Positions 56,439 to 64,000 of a DNA stretch of 64,000 nucleotides are shown here, in pieces. Below the pieces are notes generated by a model, which ran no database searches, was not told the DNA's origin, and saw only the letters and a list, made by a program, of their open reading frames with translations. The translations under genes were made by a program, and so were the position numbers. The stretch comes from a virus, in IMG/VR virus record IMGVR_UViG_3300004369_000005, positions 1 through 64,000 of that record, one strand, 5' to 3'. Within the stretch, counting starts at the first letter, position 1. The number at the start of each line of letters is the position of its first letter.

Positions 56439-56999
56439 CTAATCATGATTGTAATTTTCCTCTTTAAATTGACACCATCCTGTTGCAATAAACTTAGTTG
56501 ATGTTGTTGGTGTTACACCTTTATGTGGGTGAGTCCAGTATGCAGGCCATATTGCCATCATACCTTGTCTTGCACGTAGTTTCATGTTTTGGTATGGAAA
56601 CTCTGTCCCTTCATTACAAGTATTAAGATAGATCATCCATGCAATATGTCTACGTGGATGATAGGATGAGTATTCACAATGAGGGGAGAAATAACCTTCA
56701 CCTTCATTATAACGTTGAATATTATAATAGGGGCAGATTTCCCATGGTTCAATCTGTTCTAGGAAGTGATACTTATTAACATAGTTTTGTATCCCTTTCA
56801 CAACAGCAGGATAGATGAATGAGTTGTACTGAATGAATTCAGTTTGGAAGAAGTTAGCATGAAGATCAGTAGAGAGTTTATACTCTGGGTTGACTTCATC
56901 ATGATTAATTGCACCAGGAACTGTACGCTTATCCTTTTGGAATAGCGCACAGCAGGTAGCAGCATCATAGTCTTCCATTACCTTGTAGAGTTCAATCAT
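56439..56999 (-). CDS. 2OG-Fe(II) oxygenase (prolyl-4-hydroxylase-like)
   Basis: NIQRY..GEGY..HCE, AWMIYLN, GTEF, WPAYWTHPHKG, KFIATGW motifs. Confidence 0.88.
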   Translation of the reverse strand: MIELYKVMEDYDAATCCALFQKDKRTVPGAINHDEVNPEYKLSTDLHANFFQTEFIQYNSFIYPAVVKGIQNYVNKYHFLEQIEPWEICPYYNIQRYNEGEGYFSPHCEYSSYHPRRHIAWMIYLNTCNEGTEFPYQNMKLRARQGMMAIWPAYWTHPHKGVTPTTSTKFIATGWCQFKEENYNHD

Positions 57000-57372
57000 C
57001 AGTCAAATGATCGACACATGCTAATTTCTCAAGAACTTCTTGATTATGTTTTTCGAGAGCACATGGCATTGCTTCTTTGAGTGCTTCTGTTACATTCTCT
57101 TTAAATGAACGATACGGAATGAAGATATCATCATCCTCAGTCTTATAGTCTGGATGATTCTCTTTAAACTGACGCTCTACCTCATACACAAGATTAGACA
57201 CAATGTCATTAATGACTTCCATTGTGTGTGGTTGAAGTTGATCCCAGAGGTATCCAGGGAGCAGATCATCCTTGACACGATCTAGCATTGCTTTTTTACA
57301 TTGCCATTGATCGTCAAAGATGTTGAGAAACTCTTGCCAATCGTCTTGAGATTTAAAGTTGGGAATACTCAT
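56992..57372 (-). CDS. hypothetical protein
   Basis: ORF track. Confidence 0.75.
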   Translation of the reverse strand: MSIPNFKSQDDWQEFLNIFDDQWQCKKAMLDRVKDDLLPGYLWDQLQPHTMEVINDIVSNLVYEVERQFKENHPDYKTEDDDIFIPYRSFKENVTEALKEAMPCALEKHNQEVLEKLACVDHLTDD

Positions 57373-57523
57373 TTGTTTTTAGGGCAATTGTGTTGTAAAT
57401 TGTGTTGAATCATTGTGAGTGCTGAATTAATATCAAGGGCATAATCTTCATAGATCCAATCTCCTACCGTGATAGTGTAATACACCAAACATTTAGGATT
57501 TGATTGGCGAATTGTAATATCAA

Positions 57524-57757
57524 TCATTTGTTCTTCTCACAATAAAGGAAATACTTGTATTCTGCGACTTGATGTGGTGCGTATCTAATTATATCACATT
57601 CTTTGTACTTGTCAACCACCTCAAATGATGATTCATTGATTGGTGTGTCATTCATTGATAAGACTGCAATGATTAACATAACAGTACCTAGAACACCAAG
57701 AGTAAGTGCTACACCATTACGAAACTCTTTGAAAGCATACTTGTCATCTTCAGTCAT
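57524..57757 (-). CDS. hypothetical membrane protein
   Basis: One TM segment; FEVVDKYKECDIIRY motif. Confidence 0.7.
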   Translation of the reverse strand: MTEDDKYAFKEFRNGVALTLGVLGTVMLIIAVLSMNDTPINESSFEVVDKYKECDIIRYAPHQVAEYKYFLYCEKNK

Positions 57758-57932
57758 AAGGTTGCTGGGGGTCTTTCTTCCAGGTATCAGTATAGCACAA
57801 CCATGGTTCTAGTTTGGGTGACATTTCAGCAGTCCAATGATAACCATTTACATCAATGGCATCTAGGTAATGAATACGAGTCTTTGGGTCAATGACTCGT
57901 GAGATTGTCACAAATTTGGTTCTTTCCATCAT
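57750..57932 (-). CDS. hypothetical protein
   Basis: ORF track; IHYLDAIDVNGYHWTAEM. Confidence 0.7.
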   Translation of the reverse strand: MMERTKFVTISRVIDPKTRIHYLDAIDVNGYHWTAEMSPKLEPWLCYTDTWKKDPQQPYD

Positions 57933-58117
57933 TCAAACCCCTCTACTGGATATTGTTGTGGTTTATCTTTCCATTCAGTGATAGCCATGACGAGATCAAT
58001 GAGTGAAGCATCTTTACCTTTGTAGGATGCGGCACAGAATACATCATCCCACCAATCTGCTACAATATCATACAATTCTTGTTGTTCTTCAGTCATGATC
58101 GTCCTCGTAAATTCCAT
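57929..58117 (-). CDS. hypothetical protein
   Basis: ORF track; true start probably the internal MTEEQQE. Confidence 0.6.
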   Translation of the reverse strand: MEFTRTIMTEEQQELYDIVADWWDDVFCAASYKGKDASLIDLVMAITEWKDKPQQYPVEGFE

Positions 58118-58305
58118 GGGTCAACACCTTCTGGGATTGGGGAATTCCATAATCCTTCATCAGCATACATCTCATACCAACCATAGTTTAGTTCTCCAAA
58201 AAATGCAAGTCGGTCAATGTCATCATTATACTCACTGAATCTGAAGTAAAACACATTACGCCAGTGCCAATAGGCATCACTAAACCATTCAGTCATCTTC
58301 AGCAA
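58093..58305 (-). CDS. hypothetical protein
   Basis: ORF track. Confidence 0.65.
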   Translation of the reverse strand: MLKMTEWFSDAYWHWRNVFYFRFSEYNDDIDRLAFFGELNYGWYEMYADEGLWNSPIPEGVDPWNLRGRS

Positions 58306-58708
58306 GTCTCGTCATCGCATCACCATTCTCTTCATAGAGTTTATCAAGTGCTTCCAATGCTTTTCTTTCTTGTTCGGACATTGACATGATTTTGTCAGCT
58401 CTATAATCGCCAGACTTCCAGCGACGATACCTTGCTAGATTGCGTCTATCAAAGTCTAGAACATCAAAGCGAAGTTCGAATCGTCTCCATCTAAAACAGA
58501 ATCCAATGTCACGAGGACCAATACCAATAATCAGGAAGGGAAACCATTCAAGAGGAGCAAAATCATCCCATTGAATACACATATCAATGAGAGCAAACTT
58601 ACTAGAGATTGGAAGCAGTTGGAAATACCACTCACTCCCATAGTCTTCGTAATAGAGGTAATCAAAGAGTTTCATTGGAATAATATACTTTAAGGTTGTC
58701 TCCACCAA
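58289..58708 (-). CDS. hypothetical protein
   Basis: ORF track; true start probably MKLFDY. Confidence 0.65.
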   Translation of the reverse strand: MVETTLKYIIPMKLFDYLYYEDYGSEWYFQLLPISSKFALIDMCIQWDDFAPLEWFPFLIIGIGPRDIGFCFRWRRFELRFDVLDFDRRNLARYRRWKSGDYRADKIMSMSEQERKALEALDKLYEENGDAMTRLAEDD

Positions 58709-58844
58709 TATTCAGATGGTAAATTGTACCATCATTACCGTAGATGCCAATCCATACATGGCGTCCCTCTTCCATAGTTTCGTAGTGAAACATTCTAACA
58801 TCTTCGAGCACAATTTCGTCTGGGTTTGTAGTAAATCTACTCAT
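58662..58844 (-). CDS. hypothetical protein
   Basis: ORF track. Confidence 0.7.
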   Translation of the reverse strand: MSRFTTNPDEIVLEDVRMFHYETMEEGRHVWIGIYGNDGTIYHLNIGGDNLKVYYSNETL

Positions 58845-59308
58845 GCTACTCCATTAGCACTATCAGCTAATGCTTCCATGTCAGAATGTCCCCATGGTGG
58901 CATATGATCGCCTTTGATCTTGGGTTCACTACCAAAGTTCTTCTCATAATGAGCGTTCATCTTAGCCCATTCTGCATCACGCTTCATAAACTCCTGGTAT
59001 TTCTTCTCCAGGTCCTCATCCATGGTGAGTTCATACTCTTTACAGACCTTACGCTGATCTTCCTCACGCACACAGTCATTGAATACCAATGACATAGCAC
59101 CAGAGCGAATAGATTGTGGGTCCATGCCTACACATAGCATGAACTTCTCAAATAACTTGAAATACTGCTTGCAGTTGAGGTCTGCTGCTGGTGCAGTGAT
59201 AAGATAATGCTCTTCAGGGATAAAATCATCATCAGTCCAGGATGATGTACCATACGTGGGAGTGAACGTAGCATCAAACTTAAATTGTACTTCTGCTTCG
59301 TAGGTCAT
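58841..59308 (-). CDS. hypothetical protein
   Basis: ORF track. Confidence 0.75.
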   Translation of the reverse strand: MTYEAEVQFKFDATFTPTYGTSSWTDDDFIPEEHYLITAPAADLNCKQYFKLFEKFMLCVGMDPQSIRSGAMSLVFNDCVREEDQRKVCKEYELTMDEDLEKKYQEFMKRDAEWAKMNAHYEKNFGSEPKIKGDHMPPWGHSDMEALADSANGVA

Positions 59309-59475
59309 TGGTCGTTCTCGTCAGGATTCTTAGGGTTTGCGAATGTACCGTAGTTGTAAGTATAGTAGAGAAAGTTGTTGATGCTACGCTCGATGCCTAG
59401 CGATTCTTTTACATCCAACCATGACTGATATTCTAGTTGGAGATCTTCACCCAATTCAATTGTGACTTCCATAGT

Positions 59476-59943
59476 TTATTTGCCAGTATACTGATAGCAC
59501 TTGTAGTTTGGATGATAACGATCAATATATTTCTGTGCGTGTTCGATACAGGTAAACCAACACTTTTTCTTCTCAGTAAGATCCTCAAGGAAAATGGGGA
59601 AAGTTGTCAGGTGGGGAAACTGTTCGATCTTTCTGCTGTTCGTTACCTTGATCTCTTGTTTGGAGGAACTTTTCCGCGTTGTTGATGTCTTGCTGGATTT
59701 CTTCTGCGGACTGGTCGATGATATACTCTTTGATTGCGTCTTCTTTGACGCTGTACCAGTCGTGAGTTTGCTCGTGTTCTTCTTCAGTGCTGCTGCTGTC
59801 TTCGACTCTACGGATGATGATCGTGTTGTTGTCTTGGATGTCCCACTCGATGATGTCATCTTCTTCCCAACCGAGTTCTTGCATGAGTTCTTCTGGGAAT
59901 TCGACGAAGAGGTCTTCTGAGTCTTCATACTGTTGCACTTCAA
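59476..59943 (-). CDS. hypothetical protein with a Lys/Ser/Thr-rich N-part overlapping the AbrB-like gene (start uncertain)
   Basis: C-terminal FPIFLEDLTEKKKCWFTCIEHAQKYIDRY looks protein-like and extends past the overlapping ORF. Confidence 0.5.
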   Translation of the reverse strand: MKCNSMKTQKTSSSNSQKNSCKNSVGKKMTSSSGTSKTTTRSSSVESKTAAALKKNTSKLTTGTASKKTQSKSISSTSPQKKSSKTSTTRKSSSKQEIKVTNSRKIEQFPHLTTFPIFLEDLTEKKKCWFTCIEHAQKYIDRYHPNYKCYQYTGK

Positions 59944-59974
59944 GGGTAAACTTATTTGATGTATCCATTTTCAC
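59585..59974 (-). CDS. AbrB/MazE-like DNA-binding domain protein
   Basis: DLFVEFPEELMQELGWEEDDIIEW...TIIIRR swapped-hairpin pattern. Confidence 0.65.
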   Translation of the reverse strand: MKMDTSNKFTLEVQQYEDSEDLFVEFPEELMQELGWEEDDIIEWDIQDNNTIIIRRVEDSSSTEEEHEQTHDWYSVKEDAIKEYIIDQSAEEIQQDINNAEKFLQTRDQGNEQQKDRTVSPPDNFPHFP

Positions 59975-60632
59975 GTAGCCACTCTCCTGTCAATGGTGTT
60001 GGTTTGTAAGTAGTCCACATTGTACCAGCAGCACATGCTTCTAGTGCTTTTTGTGTCATTCCCTCTGTTCTACCAGCCCAGGATGCCTCTGCCTCCCAAG
60101 GCACAGCAGATGCAGGATATGTACGCTCTGCCAGTGTACGCCATAGAATAGGCACAGATTCTTCAGGCATAATGATAGCAATCATGCTATTGTCGATGCT
60201 ACCTGCCATACAGTCTTGTGCTGCGTGCCATCCTTCATGACGCATTACTGCCATCAGTGTGCCAGGATGATCCATGTACTTCTTATTGAGATAGAAGTTG
60301 TTTGACACTGTGTGGTAGACTCCACGATGTCCGACTGGGAAATAACGCTCATCAGCAAGATATACTTTCACACCAATGTCATTCAGTGTGGAGAGCATGT
60401 TGTTGAACTCTTGTGCTACTATCGTAAACTCTTCCATGTTATCATAATTGGAAGAGATGTCTAGCATAGAATAGACTTCCTTAACATCTTTGGTACACTC
60501 ACGGAGCAACATACACCCCATTGCGTCCATGCTGTAGAATCCTTTGGTAATCTTGTCCTCATTAGCAAGGGCAACATGTGCTGTGCCTAGACTAACAGCA
60601 GTGAGGAGCGCAAGGAGTGTTTGTTTCATCAT
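59952..60632 (-). CDS. putative zinc metallopeptidase-like protein with signal peptide
   Basis: RHEGWHAAQDC (HEXXH) plus downstream EAEA; N-terminal signal peptide. Confidence 0.7.
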   Translation of the reverse strand: MMKQTLLALLTAVSLGTAHVALANEDKITKGFYSMDAMGCMLLRECTKDVKEVYSMLDISSNYDNMEEFTIVAQEFNNMLSTLNDIGVKVYLADERYFPVGHRGVYHTVSNNFYLNKKYMDHPGTLMAVMRHEGWHAAQDCMAGSIDNSMIAIIMPEESVPILWRTLAERTYPASAVPWEAEASWAGRTEGMTQKALEACAAGTMWTTYKPTPLTGEWLRENGYIK

Positions 60633-60749
60633 GATTGGAGTGGTTCAGTCTTACGTTTTTCTTGGATAGCAGCAAATAGTTCTGCTTGACGTGCGTCGTC
60701 TTGATCTACAACTGCTTGCATAAAGTCAGCTACTAGTTGACGCATCTCT

Positions 60750-60965
60750 TCAGAGATCGAAGGTTGTTCTGAGTTCATCGTAATCTGTGTAAAGGGTTTC
60801 TTCTGACTCGTGATTCTCAGGATCTAACCACTCAAACCACTCATCTGCAAAGGCAATAGCATCATCATTACGATCTTCTGCAATCAACTCACGGAAACGT
60901 TCTACTACCCAACCACAAATATCGTCACGTTGTTCGGAAATGCGAAGTGCATCAAGGTTATTCAT
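60750..60965 (-). CDS. hypothetical protein
   Basis: ORF track. Confidence 0.7.
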   Translation of the reverse strand: MNNLDALRISEQRDDICGWVVERFRELIAEDRNDDAIAFADEWFEWLDPENHESEETLYTDYDELRTTFDL

Positions 60966-61210
60966 AGTTTGTTAGCGAAGAGAACGTTGTTGAGGTGGTC
61001 GTACTGGATGAATTCTACATCATCAGGGAGCATAGAGACAGCAGCAGCGGCAAAATCGTTAGGAAACTTCTTGAATAAGCGCCAGAACTTTTGAATGCCG
61101 TCGTAGTCTAGATCTTCATGTGGAAGGACACGAATCTCCCATGAACCACGAGTGTATCGGTTAGGATACGGGTTAATGTACTCGCGGATGTGCTCTTGTA
61201 GCAAATTCAT
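60962..61210 (-). CDS. hypothetical protein
   Basis: ORF track; coupled overlaps. Confidence 0.7.
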   Translation of the reverse strand: MNLLQEHIREYINPYPNRYTRGSWEIRVLPHEDLDYDGIQKFWRLFKKFPNDFAAAAVSMLPDDVEFIQYDHLNNVLFANKL

Positions 61211-61434
61211 TTGACAAATACCTCAGAGGAGTGTTCCTGGTGCAGTTGTGCTGCCTGCTTCAAATAATAGCACATATGCGCTACATATTCAACGTCTTCG
61301 TCACAAGGTTCGAAATCGTAAGCACAATTCCAATCGACAGTGCCGTCAGCATTAACTGGCGCACCGTAGAAATCATCACCATCGAGGGCAAAAGCATGAT
61401 CGTCAGCAACAAGATAGAACTGAGGAGCAGACAT
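61207..61434 (-). CDS. hypothetical protein
   Basis: ORF track; directly downstream of the sigma70 promoter. Confidence 0.75.
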   Translation of the reverse strand: MSAPQFYLVADDHAFALDGDDFYGAPVNADGTVDWNCAYDFEPCDEDVEYVAHMCYYLKQAAQLHQEHSSEVFVK

Positions 61435-61457
61435 TGGAGGAGAAGCGAAGGAACTAC

Positions 61458-61486
61458 AGTGTACTATGTATGTTAGAGAGTGTCAA
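61458..61486 (-). promoter_or_regulatory. canonical sigma70-type promoter TTGACA-N17-TACACT
   Basis: -35 at 61481-86, -10 at 61458-63, exact 17-nt spacer, intergenic. Confidence 0.85.
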
Positions 61487-61490
61487 GGGG

Positions 61491-61871
61491 TCACTTCATG
61501 TAAAGATAACCGCCCGCCCAGTCTGCATTCTCAAGCAACCACTCGCGGTCCTTAATCAGGCAGAGGTTAAAGCGAACATGCTTAGCAGGTGCTTTAAATG
61601 ATGCTGGTTTGTATACTTCACCAGTCTTCTTGTCAACAAAAGCATGAACGGAGCGAGAACCGTTAGCATCCATGATGATCTTGTGATACTTGCGACCAGA
61701 TTCAATGTAGAACTTGTAGTCGCTGCTGGTGTGGCGGGACTTGTAGTTATCCAGCAGAGCATCACACAGCATCAGAGTCCACTTGCGGATGTTAAGTTCG
61801 ATGGTGTTGCGAGCATCAGCGGTGGCGCAGAACTCAGCGAAGGTTTCGGACTTGGTGATGGTGGCAGTCAT
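61491..61871 (-). CDS. conserved T4-like phage hypothetical protein (GRKYHKI...SVHAFVDKKTGEVYKPASFKAPAK)
   Basis: Track ORF trimmed to the ATG downstream of cassette 9. Confidence 0.8.
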   Translation of the reverse strand: MTATITKSETFAEFCATADARNTIELNIRKWTLMLCDALLDNYKSRHTSSDYKFYIESGRKYHKIIMDANGSRSVHAFVDKKTGEVYKPASFKAPAKHVRFNLCLIKDREWLLENADWAGGYLYMK

Positions 61872-61892
61872 GTCGTTGTCTGAACTGATGTC

Positions 61893-61949
61893 AGTATAGA
61901 TGGTCTTGGTGGGGTTTGGGAGAGAGATCATGCCACTTCCGCAGCTGGC
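61893..61949 (-). promoter_or_regulatory. palindrome/-10 promoter cassette 9
   Basis: -10 TATACT 61893-98; GCCACTT-ccgc-AGCTGGC 61932-49; 33-nt gap. Confidence 0.75.
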
Positions 61950-62134
61950 ACACGGGACACGGTGAGACGCTTGAAGTTATACTCGCGCCAGGCATCACAT
62001 GCCTCGTTCACCATGCGATTGTGCTGACGATCCATGCCCTTTGCCGTCTTGCAACGCTTGACCTTACGGAAATACACGATGGGGATCTCGGTCTCGGGCA
62101 TGTCGATCTCGATCTTGTAGTGAGAGTAGGTCAT
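61928..62134 (-). CDS. hypothetical basic protein
   Basis: ORF track; downstream of cassette 10. Confidence 0.75.
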   Translation of the reverse strand: MTYSHYKIEIDMPETEIPIVYFRKVKRCKTAKGMDRQHNRMVNEACDAWREYNFKRLTVSRVPAAEVA

Positions 62135-62159
62135 GGGTGGTTCCCTTGTCGATGTCCTT

Positions 62160-62215
62160 AGTATAGGGCTCAGGAGAGCAGTTCGAGCACCTCGTGGGAC
62201 AGTTCCTCAACTGGC
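62160..62215 (-). promoter_or_regulatory. palindrome/-10 promoter cassette 10
   Basis: -10 TATACT 62160-65; GACAGTT-cctc-AACTGGC 62198-215; 32-nt gap. Confidence 0.82.
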
Positions 62216-62283
62216 ATATCGCGTTCGATCTCGATCACATCGTATTCTTCATCGAGTTGATCCAGGAGCCAGCGGTCGAGCAT
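62170..62283 (-). CDS. small acidic protein (37 aa, MLDRWLLDQLDEEYDV...)
   Basis: Hand-translated; reads through the cassette 10 palindrome. Confidence 0.5.
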   Translation of the reverse strand: MLDRWLLDQLDEEYDVIEIERDMPVEELSHEVLELLS

Positions 62284-62287
62284 AACT

Positions 62288-62533
62288 TCATTCATCATTG
62301 TCTTGTTTGATAATTTTGTCGTAGTTGAGATTAGCATGGTATACGTCATTGAATCTGACGCATACTTCCTTGAGAGCGGGATCTTGTTTAGGCACAGGTT
62401 TGTGCCCGACAGAGCGTAATTGTCGCCACGTCATGACAGTATCATGAGGACGTTGTGCTTTGTAAAATGGTTCTAGCGCAGCATACTCACGAACTGTGAG
62501 TGTATGACGTGGCGGTAAAGAACCTTGTGTCAT
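62288..62533 (-). CDS. hypothetical protein
   Basis: ORF track. Confidence 0.7.
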   Translation of the reverse strand: MTQGSLPPRHTLTVREYAALEPFYKAQRPHDTVMTWRQLRSVGHKPVPKQDPALKEVCVRFNDVYHANLNYDKIIKQDNDE

Positions 62534-62667
62534 ACTTCTAAAAGCGAAAATTCAATGTGGTCGCAGCATGAATCATCATCATGCAAGTCAATCATGTCAG
62601 TGTCAGTGAGACAGGTGAGTTTACCGAAGAGAAAGTCGATGAATTCGTGATCTTCTTTAGAAAACAT
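62530..62667 (-). CDS. small hypothetical protein (45 aa, MFSKEDHEFIDFLFGKL...)
   Basis: Hand-translated; ATGA coupling to the next gene. Confidence 0.6.
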   Translation of the reverse strand: MFSKEDHEFIDFLFGKLTCLTDTDMIDLHDDDSCCDHIEFSLLEV

Positions 62668-62824
62668 TGGTCCAGCGAGTGTGGTTTGCTTTAGTGATAC
62701 GTCCTTCTGTCAACATGTTATCACACACATTACAGAAGACTTGAAACTTCTCTTCTCTTGTGAGTGTGTCAACACCATCACAAGTTTTCATAACCTTGAG
62801 AATGTATGCTTTGGTAGTAATCAT
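62657..62824 (-). CDS. small hypothetical protein (55 aa, MITTKAYILKVMKTCDG...)
   Basis: Hand-translated; coupled to neighbours. Confidence 0.65.
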   Translation of the reverse strand: MITTKAYILKVMKTCDGVDTLTREEKFQVFCNVCDNMLTEGRITKANHTRWTNVF

Positions 62825-62976
62825 CAGAAGTTCAGGAGATAGGTGTTGTCAGGATAGATACCGAACTCTTCACAACGGCACTCGTAAGCAATACGCTTAA
62901 GCATCTCAATATCCATCTCTTCAATGGACTTGAGAATAGTGCGGCGCATCTGAGCGGTGATGGTGTCGTCTTTCAT
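62824..62976 (-). CDS. small hypothetical protein (50 aa, MKDDTITAQMRR...)
   Basis: Hand-translated; first ORF after cassette 11. Confidence 0.65.
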   Translation of the reverse strand: MKDDTITAQMRRTILKSIEEMDIEMLKRIAYECRCEEFGIYPDNTYLLNF

Positions 62977-63001
62977 GGGTCGTTCCCTTGACTACCTTTG
63001 T

Positions 63002-63057
63002 AGTATAGAGTCAATCCATCTCACAGGCGAGGTATCCTAGACACTTTACCAAGTGTC
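63002..63057 (-). promoter_or_regulatory. palindrome/-10 promoter cassette 11
   Basis: -10 TATACT 63002-07; perfect GACACTT-tacc-AAGTGTC 63040-57; 32-nt gap. Confidence 0.82.
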
Positions 63058-63187
63058 CCTCAACCTCAGTATCGGACAGACCATGGCGCAATGCTGTATC
63101 ACGCACCATGGCAATGGGAGCACCCCACAGCAGGTCGATCAGGAACTTCAGTTCAGAGGCGGTCAGAGGGACTTCAGCGGTCTTCAT
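63011..63187 (-). CDS. small hypothetical protein (58 aa, MKTAEVPLTASELKF...)
   Basis: Hand-translated; reads through the cassette 11 palindrome. Confidence 0.55.
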   Translation of the reverse strand: MKTAEVPLTASELKFLIDLLWGAPIAMVRDTALRHGLSDTEVEGHLVKCLGYLACEMD

Positions 63188-63231
63188 AGGTCACAGGGGT
63201 CAGAGGGGCATTACAGGCGCTTCTAGGTGCC

Positions 63232-63513
63232 TCAGACGAACGATAGGACACTAGGGCGCATGGGTTTTAGGATCTGCATGGCACTGTAGGGTGTGGTATC
63301 ATGAATGTCAACCACATCTCCTATTTTCTTTGAGTTGATAGGTGCGTAGTATTTTTTTGTGCTGGGTTTGTAGAATCCCCAGATGGATTTAACTTGCTCG
63401 GAAGTGTAACTAAATTGATAGTGGTTAACAATCCAAATACGAACAATACCACGACTGGGAGTGTCATATTCGTAAGAATATCCTTTAGGCGGGACATGAG
63501 GGAACTCTAGCAT
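63232..63513 (-). CDS. conserved cyanophage hypothetical protein (SIWGFY...YYAPIN...TTPYSAM)
   Basis: ORF track. Confidence 0.78.
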   Translation of the reverse strand: MLEFPHVPPKGYSYEYDTPSRGIVRIWIVNHYQFSYTSEQVKSIWGFYKPSTKKYYAPINSKKIGDVVDIHDTTPYSAMQILKPMRPSVLSFV

Positions 63514-63755
63514 CAGCAGTAAACAGGAGAGTAATCTTTGCCAGTGTATGCTTCAGTGTTGAAATCAGTAACCTCAGCACCGTTGGCAAGATAGTTGCGG
63601 ATGTCGTAGAGAGCGTCAGACTTGACACGAGTGGTGAAAGAAGTCATCTGCTGAGAGAGTTCTTCAGTGGGGTGCCAGATCACACGCTTGACGAAACGCT
63701 TGCCACCAGCGACGGGGAAGAAGTCAACCTGGGTGGCAGAGGTTTGGAGTTGCAT
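63513..63755 (-). CDS. hypothetical protein
   Basis: ORF track; downstream of cassette 12. Confidence 0.78.
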   Translation of the reverse strand: MQLQTSATQVDFFPVAGGKRFVKRVIWHPTEELSQQMTSFTTRVKSDALYDIRNYLANGAEVTDFNTEAYTGKDYSPVYC

Positions 63756-63778
63756 GGGTGTCTCTCGATTACCTTGTA

Positions 63779-63834
63779 ATTATAGGGTGTGCTCCGCGCT
63801 TGCGGAGCGTGGCGCGGACAGTTTGCGAACTGTC
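63779..63834 (-). promoter_or_regulatory. palindrome/-10 promoter cassette 12
   Basis: -10 TATAAT 63779-84; perfect GACAGTT-tgcg-AACTGTC 63817-34; 32-nt gap containing hairpin GCTCCGC-gctt-GCGGAGC. Confidence 0.85.
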
Positions 63835-64000
63835 ACACCAGTTTGTCGATGAGGAACTCTGAAAGAGCGGTCCAATCAGGACAGGTAACATCATGGCAGT
63901 AAGTCATACCAGCAGCATTACCACGTTTTTGCTGAAGAATACGGAAGTCCCACTTATATTTGTCTTTGCGTGACTTGCTAGTAGAATTATCACGGAGAGT
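63833..64000 (-). CDS. 3' end of a hypothetical protein (partial; continues beyond the window)
   Basis: Open frame ...KDKYKWDFRILQQKRGNAAGMTYCHDVTCPDWTALSEFLIDKLV*. Confidence 0.6.
   Translation of the reverse strand, partial: TLRDNSTSKSRKDKYKWDFRILQQKRGNAAGMTYCHDVTCPDWTALSEFLIDKLV

Noticed and set aside
52166-63834. Recurring palindromes as a CRISPR array or integron attC array
   Set aside because: Copies are degenerate, irregularly spaced by whole genes and tied to a -10 box at fixed distance; no cas or integrase gene is visible
1-64000. tRNA genes, introns, inteins, homing endonucleases
   Set aside because: None recognised by eye; intergenic gaps are short and the large ORFs are uninterrupted. 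tRNAscan and intein HMMs were not run

Overview
Fragment of a T4-like marine cyanophage (cyanomyovirus, probably infecting Synechococcus) genome. Essentially all credible genes are on the minus strand. Read right to left: (i) ~51.7-64 kb is an accessory, probably early region of many small ORFs (HicA-like, KTSC-like, AbrB-like, HEXXH peptidase, 2OG-Fe(II) oxygenase) punctuated by 12 copies of an 18-bp palindrome plus a -10 box at fixed spacing. (ii) ~1.8-51.6 kb is the late structural block: PAAR, gp25, gp6, a 4255-aa gp7, gp8, a 2728-aa VrlC/DUF4815-like protein, 1599-aa and 3479-aa fibre/structural proteins, a Gly-rich adhesin-like module, gp13-gp16. (iii) Below 1.8 kb is a variable island with plastocyanin (petE) and an unannotated ndhP. 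The most striking observation is that two giant virion proteins contain four domains resembling phycobiliprotein (globin-fold) subunits, with cysteines at positions matching the bilin-attachment sites. A third virion protein carries a cupredoxin-like domain with a full type-1 copper ligand set. All homology calls are by-eye recognition; no searches were run.
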